DNA of 64,000 nucleotides from Eledone cirrhosa. Lineage: Eukaryota. Positions 55,036 through 64,000 of this stretch are shown piece after piece. The notes beneath the pieces were generated by a model. That model was not told the origin of the DNA, ran no database searches, and saw nothing but the letters and a program-made list of their open reading frames with translations. The first letter of the stretch is position 1. Every line of letters starts with the position of its first letter. The translations under genes and the position numbers were made by a program. The stretch covers positions 84,692,001 through 84,756,000 of the forward strand of contig OZ024743.1 in NCBI GenBank assembly GCA_964016885.1. The letters are read 5' to 3'.

Positions 55036-56482
55036 TTATATATATAAATATATATATATATACACACACACAAACATTTTTGTATGTGAATCTATGTGTT
55101 TATCCTGTTGCTTAGCAGTTCGACAGATAAGGGATCAATAAAATAAGTATTGAACTAGAAATGATCAACTAAATCTGTTTATTCAAGATGGAAGGTATCC
55201 TCAAACTAGAGACCTGGTCTTAATGCTTGCAACGGAGTGGGATCTGCTAAAGGTACCTAAGAGCCAGGTGCTGGTGTTAAACCAGGTGACAGTTGACAGT
55301 CCATTTGAACTCAAAATGCAAAGAGCCACAACAAATACCAGAAGAGAACTCATTGGACACTCCATCAATTCCAACAATTCACTACCCTTGTTGAGGGTAG
55401 TGAATTTTACCCTGAAAACATTACACTCAAATTTAACCATGATGGGGGTTTGAACACAGGGGAGTGGAACATATACTGCAAGTCAGTTGTCATATAATTT
55501 AATGATTCTTCCAAATTACCACTTAGTTTCAACACAGTCACAGTGTTTATACACTTGCTAGGAGAGAGAAGGAAAGAAAGAGAAGAGAGATACGATAGAA
55601 AGAAGGACAGAAAGATACAAGAGAAAGAGAAAAGAATAAGAGAGATGGTGCAGTTGTGTGCTGGCTATCATCATCACATACATACGTTGAATTGGCAACG
55701 TTGTAATTGCCTCAGTATTAGTTCTGGCCCCTTCAAATCTCACCGGGGTCAAATTTGGCTTTTATCATTTCAGGATCAATAAACAGCACCAGTCCAGAGT
55801 TGGTGGATAGAATTTTCTACAGTATCTGATCTGATTTTGTGCATTCTAAGTCCAAATCCTGACTCCTACTAGGAGTTGAGGTTTGCAGATAGTATCAGCA
55901 ATGGAAAAGTAGTTTCCTTAGTCCAGTCTGAAGACCAGCTCTGATACAAATTGGCTATAGTAATACAATCACAGCGTAAGATACAAAATTGTATTTCTAG
56001 GAAGTGGCTGATGAGTAGAATAGATGCTTGTATTCATTTGCCATTTATTTCTTTTTCCATGTGCACATTTGCTTATGCGTGTGTGTGTGTGTATGTATAT
56101 ATATATATAAAAGAAAGGAGCTGATTGTCAGATCAGTCTAGAGAAATATTGTTTGAATTGGTACTTCCACTGCTGATACTCTCTGCCAGTTGCAACATGA
56201 AACAATATTTTTCTCAAGAAAATGCACTGCTCAGTCTAGGAATCAAACCCACATCTTCATGATTGTGAGAAACACCCTAACCACCTGTCTATACACACAC
56301 ACATTATGTTAGAATAAAGTAAATTGTAAAAAGATTGAATAAAGTGAGTGAACTTGTGTGATAATGTTTGAGAGGTTGTTATACTGCAAGTTCACAAGAA
56401 TGTGTGGTGTGAGGTATGTGATATATGTGAATGTGTGTGTACTATATACACAACCAAACTCAACAATCATGATGCGACTTAC

Positions 56483-56663
56483 TAGGTGTTTCTTCCTCTT
56501 CCTCTTCATCATCATCATCATCTTGATCATCATCACTATCAGCATTTCCAGCGTCATCGTCATCACTAAAGCTGTCATCAGATGATGGTAAGTAGCCATC
56601 TTTCTCTAACCGTTCTCTGGCATTAGTAAATACAGACTGTAACACTATTGAATCTTCATAGAT
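56483..56663 (-). CDS. SMARCA4: brahma/SMARCA2-4 exon (bromodomain end and acidic tract)
   Basis: cag|IYEDSIVLQSVFTNARERLEKDG..DDDDEEEEEETP+A|GTAAGT, 181 nt. Confidence 0.95.
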
Positions 56664-57510
56664 CTGAAACAAAGGAAGCAAAGTTTGTCTTAGTCTAACA
56701 AACACAAATGTAATGTTAACCCTTAACGTCCTGTACTGCATCACATTAAAAATTAAAATCTTTACTCTAATACTGCAAATGTTCACAATTATCTGTCCAA
56801 TAGTAATAATGATACTGTAAACATTGCAATTAACAAACCCCATTTTAAAATATTTTCTGCCCAATCATTACAGAATGTTAAAGATTTATGATTATACATA
56901 CACAAACACACATTCTGTATATTATATATATATATAATTTTATACCTGTTTTCTATGCTGATATGGGTTGGACAGGTCACCAGACACTGAGTCTACGTCT
57001 TGCTTATGTGTTCCATATTTTGGCATGGAATGCACAGCTGGATGCTCTTCCTGTCATTAACTACTTAATAGAGTGTATTAGGTGTATTTTATCATGGCAT
57101 CAGTATGAGAGATGTCAAGTTGCTGAGACAACCAAGTCCTATATATATATATATACACACACACACATACATACACAAATATATACCACTGAGGGGCCTT
57201 GTTTCAGCTCTAGCTTGCTCTCTCAACCAGGTTCTCGGCTATACACCAAACACCAATCTCATCTATAGTTTCAAACAATATACTCATGCTCAACTATATT
57301 ATCTCTATCTGCCTCTAACATTGGTGCCACTATAGAACAGGTATACTCTGTAAAGGGTTTTGTGTTATGAAGGACATCCAGTTACAGAAGCCATGTCAGA
57401 ATGGAACATACGAGCAAAGCAGTCGTCTGATATGTCTAGCCTCAGAACATGATAACCTGTCTATCCATGCAAGCATTGAAAATAGACGTATAATGGTGAA
57501 GTGATGTTTA

Positions 57511-58478
57511 CATCATCATCATCATCGTTTAACATCTATCTTCCACGCTAGCATGGGTTTAGACGGGAATTGTCCCACTTGAGGCAAGATTGGTCGTCTC
57601 GCTCATACGAGACTGTCTGCCCTTCCTAACACCAACGATGTTTACAGTGTGGACTGTGTTTTTTGTTGTGACACCTACACGACCTCATTTATTTAGGACT
57701 GGATGTTGTGGTACCAACATAACTTTACAGAGAAAGGGGTGGTGTTGATGGGCGTGTTGGGGTAGTGGAAGGGGGTGTATATTTGATTAATAGGTGCCTA
57801 CTGACTGTAGGTTTCGCTTTGTACTTAGGCATGGCGGGTTTTCTGCATTACTGCGTGGCGCCAAAGATCTCAGTCCAGTGACATTGTCTTAGAGAGGTGT
57901 AAGTGTGTAAGGTCGGAATTTATCAAATCGTCCCAGATTTTTCTGGGTCTGCCTACTCCGTAACTTCCGTCAATTTTGATCGCCCTGCACTTTTTTATAC
58001 AGCTGTCGTCTTTCATGCGCATCACGTGACCATACCAATGTAGTCTTCTCTCGAGTAAACAGCATCTGATCCGTCTTATTCCTAATTTCTCACTTAGTTC
58101 ATTTATGCATTGCTGTTCACGCATATTACTATTACACATCCAGTGGAGCATGCATGCTTCGTTCCACTCCAGTCTGCGCAGATCCTCTGCACACAACGCC
58201 CATGCCTCACTGCCATGTAACATAACTGTTCGTATGCAGGCATCATACAGTCTGCCTTTCATTTTTAGAGAGAAACCTTTAGCGGCCAATAGTGGTATAA
58301 GCTCTCTGAACTTTTTCCATCCCGTTCTGACTCTGGCTACTGTACTTTCTGAGCACCCTCCACCATTGTTGTTTTTGTCACCCAGGTAACGGAAGGTGTC
58401 CACTATTTCTATAGAGCCATCTGGGCAATAGAAGGAGCTAGTATCCTGTGGGCGCTTGCTACTTATTGCACCTGAGCA
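57511..58478 (-). mobile_element. RTE-clade LINE 3' fragment (left member of an inverted pair)
   Basis: FRYLG..RLYDACIR..HGSE.W..RRLHWYGHVMR..GRPRK.W, then 3' UTR and (GAT)n tail. Confidence 0.9.
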
Positions 58479-58555
58479 CTATATATATATTTATATATAG
58501 AGATAGGGGGGCGATACTTCAATCAAACTTAACCCTTTAGCATTCACATTAAAGG

Positions 58556-59382
58556 GTTCTCTAAAGGGTTCTCCCTAAAAATGAAAGGCAGGCTGTACGA
58601 TGCCTGCATACGAACAGCAATGTTGCATGGCAGTGAGACCTGGGCATTGTGTGCAGAGGATATACGCAGACTAGAGAGGAACGAAGCTTGCATGCTCCGC
58701 TGGATGTGTAACAGTAATATACGTGAACGGCAAAGCATAAACGAACTAAGGAAAAAATTAGAGATAAGAGGGATCAGATGTTGTTTACTCGAGAGAAGGC
58801 TACGTTGGTATGGACACGTGATGCGCATGAAAGTCGATAGCTGTATAACAAAGTGCAGGGCAATAAAGATAGACGGTGGCCACGGAATAGGCAGACCTAG
58901 AAAAACCTGGGACGAGCTGATAAACTCTGACCTCACACACTTACACCTCTCCAAGACAATGTCACTGGACCGAGACCTTTGGCGGTACTCAGTAACAGAG
59001 AAGACCCGCCTTGCCAGTAGGCATCTCTAACAAAATACACCCCGTCCCGCCACCACCCCCACCCATCCACACCACCCCGTCCTATGTAAAGTTATGTTGG
59101 TGCCGCGCCATCCAGGCCGAAACAAATGAGATCGTGTAGGTGTCACGACAAAAAAACACACAGTCCACGCTGTAATGTGGCCGTGTAGGCAACACGGTAA
59201 AAACCTCCCAGACCCACACTGTAAATGTGGTTGGTGTTAGGAAGGGCATCCAACTGTAGAAAACCTGCCAGACAGTCCTATGCGAGCAAGACAATCACTC
59301 TTGCCTCAAGTGGGACTACCCCCGTCCAAACCCATGCAAGCGTGGAACACGGACGTTAAACGTTGATGATGATGATGATGAT
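58556..59382 (+). mobile_element. RTE-clade LINE 3' fragment (right member of an inverted pair)
   Basis: MKGRLYDACIRTAMLHGSETW..RRLRWYGHVMR..GRPRKTW, then 3' UTR and (GAT)n tail. Confidence 0.9.
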
Positions 59383-60137
59383 TACTCTATATATGTTATT
59401 GTATTTTCATGGTAAAGGCTTTATCTCACGTAATTAACTCACATAATATCGAATCTATGAGATTTTGAAAGTATTTATTTTGAGAACAATACCGTAACAT
59501 CAGTTTGAGCGACCAGTTACAGCCAGTTTCAAAAGAAAGAGGCAGAGAATTTTGGCCGGTTTGAACATTAAAGGGTTAAAATGAAATCATTAAAAAAACA
59601 AATCTATTATATTCAAGAAACATCATCTTGAAGACAAGGAGATACAATACCACCTCGCTCTTTAATGTTCTACTGGAGGGCATCTTTAAATAGCTTAATT
59701 GGTGTAAAAAGCATGGAGGACAATAGAGTAGATATACTCTACTGAATATTATAGAGAATTAGTTTGTGTATGTTATATCTTATATCCCAGTTCAACATAA
59801 TATGAAATAAGCTGTCTCCATTGTTGGGGTTTTTCCCGTCATTGCTTTTATTTTAATCGTAAATTGATATTTAAAAGAAATTTTAGTGTTACTATGACAC
59901 TGTGATTTAAATGCTTATAAACATAACAGGGACTTTAAGGTCTATGATGAGTTGTCTTTGTTTGTTTCTTATTTCCCCTTGTCCCCTTTTTTTATCATAT
60001 TAATATTTTATATTGAGAAAGAAGGGATGGAGCACAAGGCTAACAACATTACCTCCATAGGGAGCAAAAGGAACTAAAGAAGACGGTTATAGTGGTGGTG
60101 ATAATGTTGATGTCATAAAATTAAAGACAATACATAC

Positions 60138-60239
60138 CAGAGAACCTTCTACATTAAACGTCTGTGCATTCTTACATAATAACATTACATCACGTTCCAA
60201 ATCATCGAGACTTCGGTATTTGTGGTCTCTGATTCTAGC
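60138..60239 (-). CDS. SMARCA4: brahma/SMARCA2-4 bromodomain exon
   Basis: tag|[34 protein letters not shown]|GTATGT, 102 nt. Confidence 0.96.
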
Positions 60240-60756
60240 CTAGAAGAGACATTTACATCCAATTATAACATCATGTTTTAAAATAACAAAATACATACAC
60301 ACACACATATATGAATGTGTGGAAACATGTAACCCTTTTATTACCATATTTGTAATGTTTTTCAAATACTTCCTCATTATCTATCTGTTATTTGCAGCAT
60401 AGCTTAACAAAGGATCTTACATAATATTATGATGGAAGGATTTTTTTTTAGATAAATCCCTTTGTTCCCATATTTCAAAGGAAAGACACTACCTATGATT
60501 TTCAAATACTTTTTTAAATAATCAAGAATTTGGAGAGGTCCAGTAATATAACTTTCTTGTTATTTAACAACTTAAAAGTTCTTATATGAAACTATGATAG
60601 AAGGTTGGGTTTTTTTTTCAGATAAGTACAAACACTTTAAAACAAACTATTGTTTCATAAAACCATGGGTGGTGTCAGGTGGTTTGGTAGCAAAATGATT
60701 AAGAGAAAGATTGTATTAAATGCCACAAACATATATTTTCACCTATGAAGTATTTC

Positions 60757-60791
<35 letters not shown>

Positions 60792-61199
60792 ACACTTCAT
60801 AGGTGAAAATATATCACTGAAGTGAAACTGGGTTGATAAAGGTTTAGAAAATAATAATAGATATAATCTGGCAGAAATATGGAGTTGATTGTCAGATCAG
60901 ACCAAGGAAACACTGATTCTATTCATCTTTCCATTGTTGATATTATCTGTAGATTGCAACTCCTGGCAGAAGGTGCAACAAAGTATTTTGCTCAAGAACA
61001 CAACATGCCACCATATCCAGGAATCAAACCCATGACCTTATAATTATGAGTTTAAGTCATCAATCAGGAGTTAAAACATCCCAGAAACTTACTATAAGTT
61101 GCAATCTCATAAGGGGTTTGTTTAAACCCATACAGGTGTGGGCTGTAACAACAAGTAACAATGGTGTGTGAGATATATGAAACATATAGACAAACCTAC

Positions 61200-61305
61200 C
61201 TTAATTTTTCTAAAATCAACTGGCTTTTTAATGATTTCATAATATTCTGGTAGTTCTTTACGTGATGGTAAACTAATAAAGACTTCACTAAGGACACGAC
61301 CATCA
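61200..61305 (-). CDS. SMARCA4: brahma/SMARCA2-4 bromodomain exon
   Basis: tag|(S)[35 protein letters not shown]|GTAGGT, 106 nt. Confidence 0.96.
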
Positions 61306-61789
61306 CTAAAATAAACAACATAAATATACAAATGTATGAGAAAAGTCAATAAGGAAAAACACAGGAGAACAGTACAATACAATGATGATATATATTGGTT
61401 TAATACTTGATATAGTAGAAAAAAGTCTTAATGTTTCAAACATGTCCAGGGATAAAGGGTTGCTTTAAAAGTACCAAATAGACACTATAACTGCTGGTTA
61501 TTAATTAGGAGGGGAAATAGTTGAAACAGATGGATGGTTGATCAATTCTTACAAATGGCCACAGGAATATAACTGTGATATATGTATGGGGGTCAGTCGA
61601 GATCAGATAAATATTCATGCTGTGAGTTAGGGGCCAGGTAAATATTTATCTGGTCAATTAAGGTCAGGTCAATATTTATGGGGTCAGTTGGGGGCCAGGT
61701 AAATATTTATTGGGTCATTTGGGGACCAGGTAAATATTTATTGGGAGGAAGACAACAGAAAGGTTGAATAACCAATAGAGTTGAAACAA

Positions 61790-63560
61790 TACAACCTGTG
61801 TATACTATATCAACCTACAACAGGCGTGTATAATAGCATATACTACAAAAGGTGTATAGTAGAGTGTACATAACATATACAACAGTAAAGTATAGCATTA
61901 TATATTATAGCTATAGGAGGTGTGTATATAACATATATAGCAATAAGACAGACCATCAGAATGTATATAATACATACAGCAGTAAAACAGAACAATAAAA
62001 TATTACAGTGTATATAATACAGGGTATATAATATATATAGCAGTAAAATTGACCAACAAAGTATTACAGCTGCAATGTATAGTACAATGTATATAATATA
62101 TACAATAGTAAAATCGGTGTAGAGTGTATATAACATACAACAGTAAAACAGATCAATAAAGTATTACAGTATATATTACAGATACAGCAGGTGTATATAT
62201 AACATATATAGCAGTAAGACAGACCATCAAAATATTATAGTCTCCATATATTACAGCTACAACAGGTGTATATAGTAGAATGTATATAATATATATAGCA
62301 GTAAAACAGACCAATAAAGTATTACAGTAATATATATACATTTATACAAGCTATAACAGAGGTATATAGCACAATCTCTATAATATATAATAGCAGTAAA
62401 ACAGGTGTATAATGCAGTGTATATAATATATATATCAGTAAAACAAACCAATAAAGTATTACAGCAATATATATACTACAGCTACAACAAAAGTGTATAG
62501 CACAATCCCTATAATATAGCAATAAAACAGGTGTGTATAGTAGAATGTATATAATATATATAGCAGTAAAACAAACCAATAACATATTACAATATACACT
62601 ATAACAGGTGTGTATAGTACAATCATCATCATCATATACAATATATATATATATATTAATGAGTACATCAAAGAATGAGTTTTACACTAGATTGGAAGCA
62701 CTCTACAGAACTATATTTTCCAGAGTTATTAATATTAATTCAAATATTAACAAAAATAGATATTCTTGTGATCAATTAAATTTTATTATACATATTTCAG
62801 AGGTACTGAATTAAGTTCAACAGTACGTCCTCATCAGGGTTTGTCATGTATCATTTTATTTTATCTCATGAGGACATACTGTTGAACTTAATTCAGTACC
62901 TCTGAAATATGTATAATAAAATTGAATTGATCACAAGAATATCTATTTTTGTTAATATTTGAATTAATATATATATATATATATAACAGTAAATCAAGTG
63001 TATAATACAATGTATATAATATATTTATAGTAGTAAAACAATTGTATAATACAATGTATATAATAAATATATAGCAGTAAATTAAGTGTATAATAGTGTA
63101 TATAATATATATATATAACAGTAAATCAAGTGTATAATACAATGTATATAATATAATATATATATAGTAGTAAATCAATGGTATAATAGTGTATATAATA
63201 TTTATATAACAGTAAAACAATTGTATAATACAGTGTATATAATATATATGTAGCAGTAAAACAATTGTATAATACAGTGTATATAATATATATATATAGC
63301 AGTAAATCAAATGTATAATACAATGTATATAATATATATATAGTAGTAAATCAATGGTATAATAATGTATATAATATTTATATAACAGTAAAACAATTGT
63401 ATAATACAGTGTATATAATATATATGTAGCAGTAAAACAATTGTATAATACAATGTATATAATATATATATATAGTAGTAAAATAAGCACATATAATATA
63501 TATAACAGTAAATACAGTGTATATAATATATATATAACAGTAAAACAGATCCAATAAAGT
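61790..63560. repeat. Degenerate AT-rich minisatellite region (agcagtaaaaca..gtataatacagtgtatataatatat), interrupted by a fold-back element
   Basis: Recurrent diverged units. Confidence 0.8.
62657..62970 (-). mobile_element. Fold-back Penelope-like element, diverged family A member (tail 62657-62731; arms 62732-62837 / 62865-62970)
   Basis: 106-bp inverted repeat between (TA)n tracts. ATTTTAT-CT(C/G)ATGAG-stem II-GAAATATGTATA|ATAAAAT. The tail shares ctgtagagtgctt with the copy at 16464. Confidence 0.75.
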
Positions 63561-63574
63561 ATTTGAAAACGAAC

Positions 63575-63804
63575 CTATCTCTATAGCTAAGGACAACATC
63601 CAATAATTTCTTCATCATTTTAGTTAATTTAGGAGGATTTGGAGGCTGTTTCTCAAGAGGGGGGCGACCACGTCTCTTCTTCTCCTTTTTATTCTGTGGA
63701 GTTGACGCAGAATTGGAGTCATCATCATCAACATATTTCCGCTTTTTCGCCTTCTTTGCCTTCTTTTTCTCTTCCACCTCTTCCAGATTACCATCTTCAA
63801 TAGC
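63575..63804 (-). CDS. SMARCA4: brahma/SMARCA2-4 exon (SnAC end, AT-hook, bromodomain start)
   Basis: tag|AIEDGNLEEVEE..KKRRGRPPLEKQPPNPPKLTKMMKKLLDVVLSYRD+AG|GTTCGT, 230 nt. The gene continues beyond the window. Invertebrate brahma is co-orthologous to SMARCA2 and SMARCA4. Confidence 0.95.
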
Positions 63805-64000
63805 CTATAAGTTGGGAAGATAAAAGACATTACATCATTATTTAAAACCACACAATCAAATAACATAACTTCATTATAACCATTCTTCTTACTCAAATAT
63901 ATAAACTTAACACAAAGTCATCTTCTACCATTTATTCCTGTCAGAGTCCTTAGACATGTTTTCCAGAGGATCCCATCAGAAATAACCATCACCAAATGTT

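Overview
AT-rich, microsatellite- and SINE/LINE-laden animal genomic DNA. The repeat repertoire suggests an octopus or other cephalopod (inference). Three recognisable intron-containing genes are present. (1) The last coding exon of a CABLES1/2 orthologue (+, 1057-1197). (2) A complete 6-exon FKBP12-type prolyl isomerase gene (-, 41045-31311, 112 aa) with a 23-nt micro-exon and a final AT-AC minor-spliceosome (U12) intron. (3) The bromodomain/C-terminal exons of brahma/SMARCA2-4 (-, 63804 to about 54226). There is also one orphan candidate exon (-, 10974-10826). The most striking non-genic signal is a set of about 9 short fold-back elements inserted at (TA)n tracts, built as arm, turn or loop, inverted arm, unpaired tail. 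Several carry intact or decayed minimal type I hammerhead ribozymes, and a decayed Penelope-like RT/GIY-YIG element lies close by. Other repeats are CR1 and RTE LINE fragments, MetaSINE-like and CORE-like tRNA SINEs, a mariner relic, a hAT element with an 8-bp TSD, Helitron-like elements, minisatellites and multi-kb (TA)n/(TATG)n arrays. The long I/Y/C/M ORFs in the ORF track are microsatellite artefacts. Coordinates were read by eye and repeat boundaries are approximate.
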